Assembly (NCBI GenBank): GCA_023246195.1
Contig: JAHFIW010000001.1
Coordinates: 974 to 64,973 of the forward strand
DNA length: 64,000 nucleotides
Direction of reading: 5' to 3'
Origin: a bacterium
GTDB taxonomy: Bacteria > Patescibacteriota > Patescibacteriia > SG8-24
Positions 1 through 9,074 of this stretch are shown here, one piece after another (within the stretch, counting starts at the first letter, position 1; the number at the start of each line of letters is the position of its first letter). A program made the position numbers and the translations under genes. A model generated the notes under the pieces. It made no database searches. It was not told where the DNA came from and saw only the letters and a list, made by a program, of their open reading frames with translations.

Positions 1-1869
1 GTTCACCAGGAAGATCTTCTTGTTGTTCATGATGTCGGTGAAGTCGATGGCCGACTTCTGCTGGCCGATGATGTTGCGCATCATCGAGTTCTCCACGAAG
101 CGTCCGACTTTGGAGATGAGATAGCCGAGCATCTCGGACTTGTGGAAGTCGGAAGTCTTGTCCATCTCGTTTTCCCAGAACGACCTGACTACCGGGTCCG
201 TGATCTTGGCGCGCCACTCCTTTTGGAACGCGGCATCGGAGACCAAGCGCGGAATCTCGGCGATGGTGCCGGGGTTCTCCTTGTCGGACATCAGGGTGAG
301 CATGTAATTGCGCATCTGGTGCTCGAACATCGGACCGATCATCTCGGCACCGAACAGCTTGTAGAAGATGGCCACCATTTCGCCGCAGACGAAATCCTTC
401 ATCTCGTCGCTGGGAGCCTCGATCATGTTGAGACCGACGGGCCGATCAAGATCGGACGGGTCAAAGATGACGACGTCGTCGGCGCGCTCCTTGGGGATGC
501 AGGCCAAGACCGTTTCCACCAGGTCGCCGTGCGGATCGATGATGCAGACGCCGTCGCCGTTCTTGATGTCCTGCACGGCCATGGTGGCGATGTACTCCGA
601 CTTACCGGAGCCGGACTTGCCGATCAGGTACATGTGGCGGAAGCGGTCCTCCTTCTTGATGAAGACCTGGGTCTTTTCGCCGCGATATTCCACGAATCCC
701 AAATGCAGGCCTTCTTTGGGAAGGTTTGGCGGCGGCGGTGCCTTGCGGGCGCCAAGCCAGCGGATGTTGGGCGTTTCGGTGGATGACAGCGGAAAGTGAC
801 ACAGGCTGGCGAGTTCTTCTCCGGTCATGACCATTTCATGCCTTTCGTCGAAGTGACGGAAGATGAAATCGCGGATGACCTTGTTGCCGGTGGCACCCTT
901 GGCAATCTGATTGCCGTACTGCGGAATGTTGTACTGCGAAAAGGCGTTGAGGATGTTGTTGAGGTAATTGGACGCGGCCGACTGGGTCGGGGCCGAAGTG
1001 ACCACGCGGATGATGACGTCGAGACCGAGCTTGGAAGCCTTGTCGTCGATGGCCTTGACCATCTCCTCTTCGGCGCTGCTCATCTTGCGCGGCTCCTTCT
1101 TTGGCTCGTTCTTCTTGGTCGGAGCGAACATCGAACCGAGCATCGTCAGGAATCCCGCGCCGGACATGGCCTCCTTGAGCGTCTTGCCCTCGTGCATCCC
1201 CTTCACCACCGCCAGCGCAGGCGTCCGCCAGGCCTTCTTTGCCGAGCGCACCACGATCTGAATCGCGGCGCCGTCGGTCTTTTCCACCTTTGCCAAGGCG
1301 TTGGTGAGCACGTTGAGCGGGTCGCTGTCCTGCTTTTTGTAACTCTTGATGGGGAAGAAATGCTGGCGCTTGAAGACCATGCGCGCACCGAGCGCCACGC
1401 CCTGCGGCGAAAAAATATCGTAATCGGATACGGGTTCGACCTGCGCCAGCGGATACTGGCCGTGTATCTGCTGTTCGACGAACTCCTTGAGGTGATGAGG
1501 CGCGGCCACGTAGAACGACACCAGCCCGTCCTTTGCGACGATTTCGAAGGAAACGGCATCGGAGCGTCCCACCATCCAGGCCTTGAGACCGCGTTCTGCC
1601 GTGAGTCCGCCGATGGAAGCGAACACGTTTTCCATGATGGCGATCTTCTCCTGCACCTGCTGCAGGGATTTTTCCTGCTGGCCGGACTCGCCCTTCTCTG
1701 CCTGCTCCTTGGGAACCGTCACCAACATCACGTTCATCTTGAACGCCACGTCGGATTGGTACTTCTTGCGCAAGTGCGCGCGAACGACGGCGAAGACGAC
1801 GCCGGCGACGATGCACGCCGCCAAAAGCAGCATCAAGCCGATACCCGACGGGCTTAATGCGAAATCCAT
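1..1869 (-). CDS. Type IV secretion-type NTPase (VirB4/TraC-like, AAA_10/DUF87 family) with an N-terminal transmembrane helix. Its 3' end is cut by the window edge.
   Basis: Minus-strand frame is open from ATG at 1867-1869 (MDFALSPSGIGLMLLLAACIVAGVVFAVV...) to position 1. Walker A IGKSGSGKS is encoded at about 600-623. The downstream motifs GVCIIDPHGDL and DDVVIFDPSDLDRPVGLNMIE are typical of VirB4/VirD4-type ATPases. The Walker A lies about 415 aa from the start, as in VirB4. Confidence 0.7.
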   Translation of the reverse strand, partial: MDFALSPSGIGLMLLLAACIVAGVVFAVVRAHLRKKYQSDVAFKMNVMLVTVPKEQAEKGESGQQEKSLQQVQEKIAIMENVFASIGGLTAERGLKAWMVGRSDAVSFEIVAKDGLVSFYVAAPHHLKEFVEQQIHGQYPLAQVEPVSDYDIFSPQGVALGARMVFKRQHFFPIKSYKKQDSDPLNVLTNALAKVEKTDGAAIQIVVRSAKKAWRTPALAVVKGMHEGKTLKEAMSGAGFLTMLGSMFAPTKKNEPKKEPRKMSSAEEEMVKAIDDKASKLGLDVIIRVVTSAPTQSAASNYLNNILNAFSQYNIPQYGNQIAKGATGNKVIRDFIFRHFDERHEMVMTGEELASLCHFPLSSTETPNIRWLGARKAPPPPNLPKEGLHLGFVEYRGEKTQVFIKKEDRFRHMYLIGKSGSGKSEYIATMAVQDIKNGDGVCIIDPHGDLVETVLACIPKERADDVVIFDPSDLDRPVGLNMIEAPSDEMKDFVCGEMVAIFYKLFGAEMIGPMFEHQMRNYMLTLMSDKENPGTIAEIPRLVSDAAFQKEWRAKITDPVVRSFWENEMDKTSDFHKSEMLGYLISKVGRFVENSMMRNIIGQQKSAIDFTDIMNNKKIFLVN

Positions 1870-1948
1870 CACGGACGTGGCGTCCAGGTTGGTTGAGACG
1901 GCGAATTGGAACAGCGCTAGTGGCATCGTAATGGAGGTTGAAAGATGT

Positions 1949-2545
1949 CTACTCTCCGTCGGCGGCCCGCCGTTCCCTGACGAGCGTCATGACCGTATCC
2001 GTCTTGATCTTCCCTTCCTGCAACAGGAACCACGGGTTCACCTTGGGAATGGTCTTGAGCCAATGGTCGATGACGGCGTGGACGGCATGCGGACGAACGT
2101 TCTTTTTATCGATCATGGCGCGCATCTGGGCGGCGGTACGTTCGCCTTCGGCCCGGAAACGGACGCGCGACTCTTTGGGAAGGGCAAAGTAGAGCTCCCA
2201 AAGGTTTTCTTCCAGGGCGCGCTCCACCTTCATGCGAGCTTCGTCTTTGGGTTCGGGAGCGGGCGTAGGAACGGACGAACGGGCGACTTCAATCGCCGGC
2301 GACGGAACCGGTTCGGGAACGCGAACTTCGACGCCTTCCTGAGGTGCCTTCTCGCGCCATTCGATTTCTCTTCCGGATTCGGGAGCATTCGGACTTTCTG
2401 GCGGCTTTTCTGCACCCAACTCCGCTCCCGTTTCACCGTTCAACATAAGTGACTGACCTGAGTATCCGCCTAAAGCATACCACGAAGCCGCCTCCCACCT
2501 CAACAACGAGAGTTCTCCCCAATCACGCTGGTTGACGCCACACAT
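1949..2545 (-). CDS. Hypothetical protein with a Pro/Glu-rich N-terminus and a helical C-terminus, co-directional with and 76 bp upstream of the ATPase. Its start is uncertain.
   Basis: ORF track gives 198 aa. The minus-strand translation is protein-like, whereas the overlapping plus-strand ORF 1583-2452 is R/F-rich junk. Confidence 0.4.
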   Translation of the reverse strand: MCGVNQRDWGELSLLRWEAASWYALGGYSGQSLMLNGETGAELGAEKPPESPNAPESGREIEWREKAPQEGVEVRVPEPVPSPAIEVARSSVPTPAPEPKDEARMKVERALEENLWELYFALPKESRVRFRAEGERTAAQMRAMIDKKNVRPHAVHAVIDHWLKTIPKVNPWFLLQEGKIKTDTVMTLVRERRAADGE

Positions 2546-2564
2546 AAAATGCTATGATGCCAGC

Positions 2565-3527
2565 ATGGCCAAACGTAACGATGCCGTAAAAAAACCGAAG
2601 AGCCGCGTGCAGCAGGTGCATACCGGCGGACCGGTAGTCTGGCACAACGTGCTCGACCCAAACCAAGCAGCCCTGAAAGACCTCAAGGCGCTTTTTCCGT
2701 TTTTTCAGGAAGAGGATCTTCAGGATTGCCTGCCGCCGTTTCAGCGCCCAAAGATGCTGCGCCGCGACAACTACCTTTTTTTGGTCCTGCTCTACCCCAT
2801 CTTCGACAGCATCTCGCGTACCATCGTTCCCTACGAAGTGGACTTCTTTATCGGCAAGGACTTCGTGGTTACCAGCCATCGCGGCACGCATCCCACGCTC
2901 ACCTCGCTGACCGACGCCTGCAATGCCGACACGGGCACCTGCACCATACGTTCCGGGGATACGGCCATGCGCCTGTCGCTCGACGTCATCCACGGCCTCA
3001 CGGTCGCCTGCTTCCCGATGGTCACCGAACTTTCCAACGAGTTGATCGGCGTGGAACACGAACTGTTCGACGAAATCGACGGCGACATCACCAAGAAGAT
3101 GCTGCGTATCCGCACCAGCGTCGTCGGCTTCCGCAAGACCATGCAGGGATCAGACAACGTGCTGCGCAAGCTGCTGGAGAAGGGAAACACGCTTTTCTCG
3201 ATGGACGAGTACCGGCTGCAAGTGGACGACATCAACACCCACAGCCGAGAAATCCGCGACTTCCTGGAAAACGACCGCGATACCATCTCCGCGCTCTACG
3301 ACGCGCACCTGGCACTGGTGTCATATCGCGCCACCCAGGCGACCAAGACGCTGACCGCGCTGGCCTTCATCATCTTCCCGATGACCTTGGTAGCTGCCAT
3401 CTTCAGCATGAAGGCGGTGCACATGCCCCTGACGGGAATGCAAAACGACTTTTGGCTGATGATCGGGTGCATCTTCGTGACGATGCTGGTCATCGTGATA
3501 TTCTTGAAGCGGAAAAAGTGGTTATAA
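2565..3527 (+). CDS. CorA-superfamily divalent cation transporter. An alternative TTG start lies at 2532.
   Basis: About 320 aa with a soluble N-domain and two C-terminal TM helices (AFIIFPMTLVAAIF..., WLMIGCIFVTMLVIVIF). It carries a GMQN variant of the GMN signature just after the first TM helix. Confidence 0.6.
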   Translation: MAKRNDAVKKPKSRVQQVHTGGPVVWHNVLDPNQAALKDLKALFPFFQEEDLQDCLPPFQRPKMLRRDNYLFLVLLYPIFDSISRTIVPYEVDFFIGKDFVVTSHRGTHPTLTSLTDACNADTGTCTIRSGDTAMRLSLDVIHGLTVACFPMVTELSNELIGVEHELFDEIDGDITKKMLRIRTSVVGFRKTMQGSDNVLRKLLEKGNTLFSMDEYRLQVDDINTHSREIRDFLENDRDTISALYDAHLALVSYRATQATKTLTALAFIIFPMTLVAAIFSMKAVHMPLTGMQNDFWLMIGCIFVTMLVIVIFLKRKKWL

Positions 3528-3537
3528 ATGAACGAAA

Positions 3538-3565
3538 AAACCGGCATGCGCCGGTTTTTTCGTTG
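3538..3565. terminator. Bidirectional rho-independent terminator between the convergent CorA-like gene and cysS.
   Basis: Hairpin aaaaaaccggcatgcgccggtttttt with an A-run on one side and a T-run on the other. Confidence 0.6.
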
Positions 3566-3567
3566 CG

Positions 3568-4998
3568 TCAAATTCGCTTGATGCGTCGCCCTTCCGGAGT
3601 ATCCTCAACCAGATACCCGCGACTCTTGAGCTCGTCACGCACCGTATCGGCCTCGGCGAAACGCTTCTCGCGCCGTGCCTCGTCGCGCTTTTCGATCAGC
3701 GCGAGAATGCTTGCCGGAACATCGGCTTCGTCGGTGCTGGCACCGAAGGCGAAACCGAGCACGCTGCCGACGTCAGCGATAAAGGCGATGGCGGCCTCGC
3801 GGGCCTTCTTGGTAAACTCACCCTTGGCGATGCGGTCGTTGGTGACGCGGATGAACTCGAAGACGGCAGCGAGCGCCTCGGCGACGTTGAGATCGTCGTC
3901 GAGCGCTTCGACGAAGGCATCGACGGCCTTCTTTGCTTCGGCATCGTCGGCGCCTTCTTCTTGCGGCGTGGACTGCCTGACCGCGTCAGCCAGGGCATCG
4001 AGACGAGCCAAGGCGGCACGAGCGCCGTCAAGACCGTGCAGCGTAAAATTGAGCGACGATCGATAGTGCGTGGAAAGCAGCTGGTAGCGGACGCTGCGCG
4101 GATCATGCCCGCGGGCCACGAGATCATCGAGCGTGTAAAAGTTTCCCTTTGATTTGGACATTTTGACGCCGTCTACCAGCAGATGCGTGGCGTGCAGCCA
4201 ATAATTGACGAAGGTCTTTCCGCTGGCACCTTCTGATTGGGCGATCTCGCACTCGTGATGCGGAAACTTGTTGTCCTCGCCTCCGGTATGGATGTCGATG
4301 GTCTCACCCAAATATTTGGTGGCCATGGCCGAGCACTCGATATGCCAGCCGGGATAGCCCTTGCCCCACGGCGCTTCCCACTGCAGCAAGTGCTTGGGAT
4401 TGTGGATCCACAGCGCGAAGTCGGCCGGATGGCGCTTTTCGTCGCGCACCTCGATGCGGCTGCCGGCATCGAGAGCGTCCAGCGTGTTGCCGGAGAGCTT
4501 GCCATACTCCTTGAAGGAGGTGACGTCGTAGTAGACGCTGACTCCCCCGTCCTTCTCAACCTTGTACGCATGACCGTTCTCGAGCAGTTTGGAAATGATG
4601 GCGATCATCTCCGGCACATGATCGCTGGCCTTGGGATAGACGCTTGCCGGCATCATGCCCATGCGTCCGATGTCGCGAAAAAACGAATCGGCATAGAATT
4701 GCGCGACTTCGGCAGGCGTCTTTCCGGCCTTCTCGGCGGCCACTTCCATCTTGTCCTCTCCTTCGTCCGCATCGGCCAGCATATGACCCACGTCAGTGAT
4801 GTTCATCACCTGGGTCACCTCGTAGCCGCGATATTCCAAATAACGGCGCAGCAAGTCAGCCAACAAAAACGACCGCAAATTGCCGATGTGGACGTAGTCG
4901 TAAACCGTGGGGCCGCAATTGTACATCGTCACCCGCCCCTTTTTAAGCGGCTTGAACGGCTGTTCGGTCTTTGACAGCGAGTCATGAAAACGAAGCAT
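3568..4998 (-). CDS. cysS: Cysteinyl-tRNA synthetase
   Basis: 476 aa. The N-terminus is [16 protein letters not shown] (HIGH motif), a KMSKS motif is present (VKMSKSKGN), and the overall class I aaRS architecture is that of CysRS. Confidence 0.95.
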   Translation of the reverse strand: MLRFHDSLSKTEQPFKPLKKGRVTMYNCGPTVYDYVHIGNLRSFLLADLLRRYLEYRGYEVTQVMNITDVGHMLADADEGEDKMEVAAEKAGKTPAEVAQFYADSFFRDIGRMGMMPASVYPKASDHVPEMIAIISKLLENGHAYKVEKDGGVSVYYDVTSFKEYGKLSGNTLDALDAGSRIEVRDEKRHPADFALWIHNPKHLLQWEAPWGKGYPGWHIECSAMATKYLGETIDIHTGGEDNKFPHHECEIAQSEGASGKTFVNYWLHATHLLVDGVKMSKSKGNFYTLDDLVARGHDPRSVRYQLLSTHYRSSLNFTLHGLDGARAALARLDALADAVRQSTPQEEGADDAEAKKAVDAFVEALDDDLNVAEALAAVFEFIRVTNDRIAKGEFTKKAREAAIAFIADVGSVLGFAFGASTDEADVPASILALIEKRDEARREKRFAEADTVRDELKSRGYLVEDTPEGRRIKRI

Positions 4999-5049
4999 AT
5001 CGGCGTGAGCGTAACACGCGGCGGAGGAACTGGAAAGATGGGAGGAACG

Positions 5050-5080
5050 AAAAGCGCCCCGCTGATGCGGGACGCTTTTC
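5050..5080 (-). terminator. Rho-independent terminator downstream of the fibre-like gene.
   Basis: Hairpin gcgccccgc-tgat-gcgggacgc with one mismatch, followed on the minus strand by a T-run. Confidence 0.45.
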
Positions 5081-5098
5081 GCATCGAGTCATTCGTCC

Positions 5099-7900
5099 TT
5101 ATTTTCCGAGCTTCGCCTCCAGCGCACTGATGCGCGCTTCAAGTTCGCTGATCTTGGCATCCTTGGCGTCGACTTTGGCGTTGACTTCCTTGATCGCGTT
5201 GATGTTCACGAAGATGAGCGACGACGGATCGACTGCGTAGATGTCGGTATCCGTCTGGTCGTCCGGATGCAGCTTGCCCTTCCGCGTGGTCACCGCATAC
5301 GGCGCGACCTTATCGAGTTCCTGCGCGATGACACCGACTCCATGGTGACCCTTCACGGTTTCACCGAGACCGTTGTAGGTGTAATTGACCGGATTGATCT
5401 TCTCGAGGGTGTCGAGGCCGTCGGTGAACGGATTCACGTTTTCCTTCACTCGGCGATCGGATGAAGAGTAGTAACCCGTAGCATAGACCGGTCCGGAGTC
5501 CCAAATGTAGCTGGTGACGTCGAGCGTGCCGCAGACGCGCATCGTATAACCGGCACCGAGACCGCCGTAACAACCGACTCCAGAGCCTGCGCCGGTGTCA
5601 AAACCGGTGTCCATGTAGACCGGCTTGCTGCCGAAGGAACGGATCCAGGTACCGTCAGCCATGAACCATCCGCCGCCGTAAGACTGGAAGAAGAGTCCTT
5701 GATTTCCGCTCACGCGGACCCAGCCGTTATTGACGTTGACGTCGCCGTTCGTCGTGAGAGAAAGGGTCGAGATGGTGCTGTTCGAAACGATGGCACCGCC
5801 CGTCAGGGTCGCTCCCGTGCTCAAATTCCCCTGAAATATGCCGGTGCCGCTATTGTACAGGGTACCCAAACCAAGAAACGAGTAAGAACCGTAGGCGAGG
5901 AACGCGCTCGTGCCGGCAGCTGAGGTATTGGCGAAGTAACCGGCTCCCGAAGGCGAAGATGCGGAAATGCCGTAATTTGGCCCGGTCGCCTGTACGCCGA
6001 TACCGTTGGCCGCAGTAGAGGTGAACTTGCCGCCAAAACCGTAGTTGCTCAAACCCTCAACGCCTGCGGAAGGGCCTGATCCGTACACGCCGTCCGAGCC
6101 CGCCAAGGTAGAGTTCCCCCACACGCCGTAAATACCGCCGGTGCCGTAGGCGCCATAGGAGACTCCCTGACCGTAAAGGCCGTACGTGCTGCCTGACCCG
6201 AAAACACCGGTACTGCCGCCAGTCCCGTAGACTCCGGTGCCATGTCCGTTGCCGTAGACTCCGGTTCCCGAAACCGGATCGACTTGCGAGAAGCCCATGA
6301 TGCCGTAAGACCCCGCGGAAGTGGAAATGCCCTCCACTCCATTTACGCCGTCAGCAAGCACTCCGTAGTTTCCGCCATGAGCGACGACTCCTTCCGCTGC
6401 GCCGGATGCGTTCACGCCGATGACAGGAGCAGTAACGGTGAGGCCGTTCGTCGTCAACGAGCCTCGGTCGGTCACGGATTGAAGCGTGGAAGCATCGTTG
6501 ATGGTGACGGCACCGGTCCCGCCCGAAAGCGCGATGTCCATACCGGCAACCGCCGACGTAACGCCGGTATTGCTCACGACGACGGCACCGGTCGTAGGAA
6601 CCACGGAAACGCCAGCGCCGGAACCGGAAACGGAGGTGACCGGCGCCGCAGCCGGCGCCTGCCAGGTACCATTGCCCACGGCGTCAGAAGTGAGGATTTT
6701 CCCCACGCCCGCGCCCGACGACAGGAGAAGGCCGGTCATCGCAGGAGTCGCGCAAGTAAGCGTCGTGCCCACGGTGGTCGCAAACTGACCCGAAGGGCAA
6801 GCCGCCGGAAAACCGGAAAGCCTCGCCCATGGGACGTTGCCCACCTGCAGGACGCCGTTCTGATCGATACGGAAAATGTCGGTGGTGTTGGTGCTTTCCC
6901 TGATGGTCAGCGGGCTCCAATTGCTGGCCGAGACGATGTGCAGCGCCTCGTTGCTGGAAGCCGCGGAAATCTGCAACCTGGAATCGCCGACGGCACCAGT
7001 CGCGCCGCCCAAACTAAGCGCACGGCCGGCGGTATTCAGAGCGAGAGGACCGGTCATGGTGTCACCCGTCACGTTGACGTAGGACGGATCAAAGTCAGCA
7101 GTCGATGGCCAAGCCGTACGGCAATTCGTGCCGTTACCGAGACAGAGCTGGCTCGTCTCGATGACGCCCGGACCGACGGCGACATCCGACGCGAACGTCG
7201 AAAGACCGTTTCCGTTCGTGAACACGCTGCCAAACACGTTCATGCTGAGACCGGCTGCGCCCGAACCCCAATTGCCGACGTTAAGCTGGGTGACTCCGGG
7301 GCCATCGATACGAACGGCCTTGCCGCTGGAAAGATACGCATCGCCGCCAGTCGACTTGATATCGCCGCTGACGTTGATGTAACCGCTCTGCAAAGCTCCC
7401 GGACTGATGAGCACGTAAGGGTTAAGGCAAGTGTCGGAGCAGACGTCCCAGGTGCTACCGGCAGGACAGACGCGATTGGCCACGCACTTATTTGCCGAAG
7501 AACACATCGTAGTGCCTGCGGGACACGCGCAGGTGCTGCACTGGTCGACGTATGTCGCGCCGACCGTCGAGGCGCAGGCGGCACCGACGGTGGACGTCGC
7601 CGCCGAGCAGCCGCCGCACGGGTACGAAGCGGTATTGCAGGAACAGCTGAGAGAGGCGCAGTTGTACAGCTGATTGGCCGCACACGGACGGGAGTCCGAC
7701 TGGCAGGTGGAATCGGTGGAACGATACTCGAGACCGCCGAAGCAAGTGGTGCCGCCACCGGAGGTGGGACAGGCGCACGTGCCCTGCGTGCTGTTGTACG
7801 GACAGGTCTGGGCAGAGGCAAAACTGACGAACGCAAAAGAAGAGATGGCGAAGGCCATTGCCATGGCAAACCTTAGATACTGCGACAAGCGTTTGTGCAT
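5099..7900 (-). CDS. Secreted tail-fibre-like surface protein. Layout: signal peptide, Cys-rich N-domain, Gly-rich GxYG repeat region, C-terminal peptidase-S74-type intramolecular chaperone auto-processing domain.
   Basis: 933 aa. N-terminal signal peptide MHKRLSQYLRFAMAMAFAISSFAFVSFASA. Many Cys in the first 170 aa. Long runs of GVYG/GTGVYG/STYGLYG repeats. The C-terminus SSSDRRVKENVNPF...INPVNYTYN...GHHGVGVIAQEL...coiled coil matches the S74 chaperone domain of phage tail spikes and endosialidases, which autocleave at the S-DRR motif. Confidence 0.85.
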   Translation of the reverse strand: MHKRLSQYLRFAMAMAFAISSFAFVSFASAQTCPYNSTQGTCACPTSGGGTTCFGGLEYRSTDSTCQSDSRPCAANQLYNCASLSCSCNTASYPCGGCSAATSTVGAACASTVGATYVDQCSTCACPAGTTMCSSANKCVANRVCPAGSTWDVCSDTCLNPYVLISPGALQSGYINVSGDIKSTGGDAYLSSGKAVRIDGPGVTQLNVGNWGSGAAGLSMNVFGSVFTNGNGLSTFASDVAVGPGVIETSQLCLGNGTNCRTAWPSTADFDPSYVNVTGDTMTGPLALNTAGRALSLGGATGAVGDSRLQISAASSNEALHIVSASNWSPLTIRESTNTTDIFRIDQNGVLQVGNVPWARLSGFPAACPSGQFATTVGTTLTCATPAMTGLLLSSGAGVGKILTSDAVGNGTWQAPAAAPVTSVSGSGAGVSVVPTTGAVVVSNTGVTSAVAGMDIALSGGTGAVTINDASTLQSVTDRGSLTTNGLTVTAPVIGVNASGAAEGVVAHGGNYGVLADGVNGVEGISTSAGSYGIMGFSQVDPVSGTGVYGNGHGTGVYGTGGSTGVFGSGSTYGLYGQGVSYGAYGTGGIYGVWGNSTLAGSDGVYGSGPSAGVEGLSNYGFGGKFTSTAANGIGVQATGPNYGISASSPSGAGYFANTSAAGTSAFLAYGSYSFLGLGTLYNSGTGIFQGNLSTGATLTGGAIVSNSTISTLSLTTNGDVNVNNGWVRVSGNQGLFFQSYGGGWFMADGTWIRSFGSKPVYMDTGFDTGAGSGVGCYGGLGAGYTMRVCGTLDVTSYIWDSGPVYATGYYSSSDRRVKENVNPFTDGLDTLEKINPVNYTYNGLGETVKGHHGVGVIAQELDKVAPYAVTTRKGKLHPDDQTDTDIYAVDPSSLIFVNINAIKEVNAKVDAKDAKISELEARISALEAKLGK

Positions 7901-7993
7901 AGGCGAATCAAATGAAAGTGAGGCCTTTTTTCAGCGCCGCATCCTATTGAATAAGACTACTCCGTAAAAAAGAAAAATGAAAACGCGGCCCGC

Positions 7994-9013
7994 TTACTTG
8001 CAACAGGCATATTTCAACCCGACGGGGATGTTGCAGCCGGTCAACGTCCCCCTTCCGCCGGTGACATTATCAAACGCCCAGACGCGCCCGAAAATCGATG
8101 CGCTGACGCTGGTCCAACCAAGGCAATCGCTGGCATTGAACGCCGAAGCGCCTGGAGGCCCGGAGTTCACCCAAGCAAAATTGCCGCCATTGGTCCTGAT
8201 GGGATCGCTCGGAGTCGAGCATTGGATGCTCTCGAGCAGTTCGTCTGACTTGCAGACGTGCGAGCCGGCGTACTGCGAAGCGCACGCGTTATCGGCAGAG
8301 TAGTAGCCTGCCAGTCCCGCATTCGGGCCGGACGAAACGGCAGCGAGGCTCGGCGTGTATGTTGACGCCGTCAAGCCGAGAAAAACCCTGCCGAAGCATC
8401 CCGAAGCGGCAATTCCTCCCGCATAGCTGACGTTGCCGTTGGGATCGACGCGAAACTTCGTGACGCCGTTGTTCTGCAAAAGCAGCAGCGAGGCGTTGGC
8501 CGTACCGCTCTGCACGTTCCCGTAGATGAGGTTCTGCGAGCCGGTGAGCGGCAAGGTGTTCTTGCCGAACTGCGACATGCCGCCGGAGGAAACGCCGCCG
8601 TCAATGTCGATGGACGCGTTGACCTGCGTGCCGGATGACGTGGCGCGATTCCAAATGATGGCCGGAATGTTCCCGCCCGGCGGAAGCGCCGTCGGAGGCG
8701 TGTAGGTGGCGGCATTGACGGTATGGATGACGAATCCGCCGACAGATATCAGCGCCAAGGCAAGACCGAAAAAAGCGGCGACGAGCCGAAACGGCGACGA
8801 TTGCGCGCGGCGCACTTCCGACGGGAGAGATTGTTCGGGCGCCAAAATGCCGACAGCTTCGGCGGTTGGCACCGAACGTCGACTCACACGTCTGGCGCGG
8901 ACGCTTTTCCGTGCCGCTCCCCCGCTTTTCTTAGCAGAAATCTTCCGTCTCGGTGTGGGAGAACTCTTTGGCGTAGCCTTACGTTTTGCCGCCATAAGAT
9001 AAGGAAAAATCAT
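7994..9013 (-). CDS. Membrane-anchored, Cys-rich secreted protein. The N-terminus is basic, followed by one TM helix and a G/S/N-rich extracellular domain.
   Basis: ORF 7994-9043. A TATAGT -10-like element inside the first codons suggests the true start is at MIFPYL (9013) or MAAKRK (8995). TM helix RLVAAFFGLALALISVGGFVI. The C-terminal region is Cys-rich (...YACCK). Confidence 0.55.
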   Translation of the reverse strand: MIFPYLMAAKRKATPKSSPTPRRKISAKKSGGAARKSVRARRVSRRSVPTAEAVGILAPEQSLPSEVRRAQSSPFRLVAAFFGLALALISVGGFVIHTVNAATYTPPTALPPGGNIPAIIWNRATSSGTQVNASIDIDGGVSSGGMSQFGKNTLPLTGSQNLIYGNVQSGTANASLLLLQNNGVTKFRVDPNGNVSYAGGIAASGCFGRVFLGLTASTYTPSLAAVSSGPNAGLAGYYSADNACASQYAGSHVCKSDELLESIQCSTPSDPIRTNGGNFAWVNSGPPGASAFNASDCLGWTSVSASIFGRVWAFDNVTGGRGTLTGCNIPVGLKYACCK

Positions 9014-9074
9014 CGATACTATACCATACTCATGGCCGCTCACCCAGTAACCGCGTTATCCACACGATGTCAGC

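Noticed and set aside
142-1857. Plus-strand ORFs 142-786 (214 aa) and 796-1857 (353 aa), plus the Arg-rich minus-strand ORF 836-1816.
   Set aside because: They overlap, on other strands or frames, the well-supported minus-strand VirB4-like ATPase gene. Their translations are low-complexity R/G/D/L-rich, typical shadow ORFs in high-GC DNA.
2726-4066. 446-aa plus-strand ORF spanning the CorA/cysS region.
   Set aside because: Out-of-frame and antisense to confidently identified genes. Arg/His/Pro-rich junk translation.
6242-7876. 544-aa plus-strand ORF opposite the fibre gene.
   Set aside because: Shadow ORF of the repeat-rich fibre gene. Arg/Gly-rich, no start context, and lying entirely inside a strongly supported gene.
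5099-9043. Possibility that the fibre gene marks a prophage.
   Set aside because: No integrase, terminase, capsid, portal or other tail genes anywhere in the 64 kb. The neighbours are cysS and secreted or membrane proteins.
9054-9062. Perfect DnaA-box consensus TTATCCACA upstream of gene 9075.
   Set aside because: It is a single isolated box with no cluster, no AT-rich unwinding element, and no dnaA or dnaN nearby. Probably chance, or at most a single regulatory DnaA site; not an origin.
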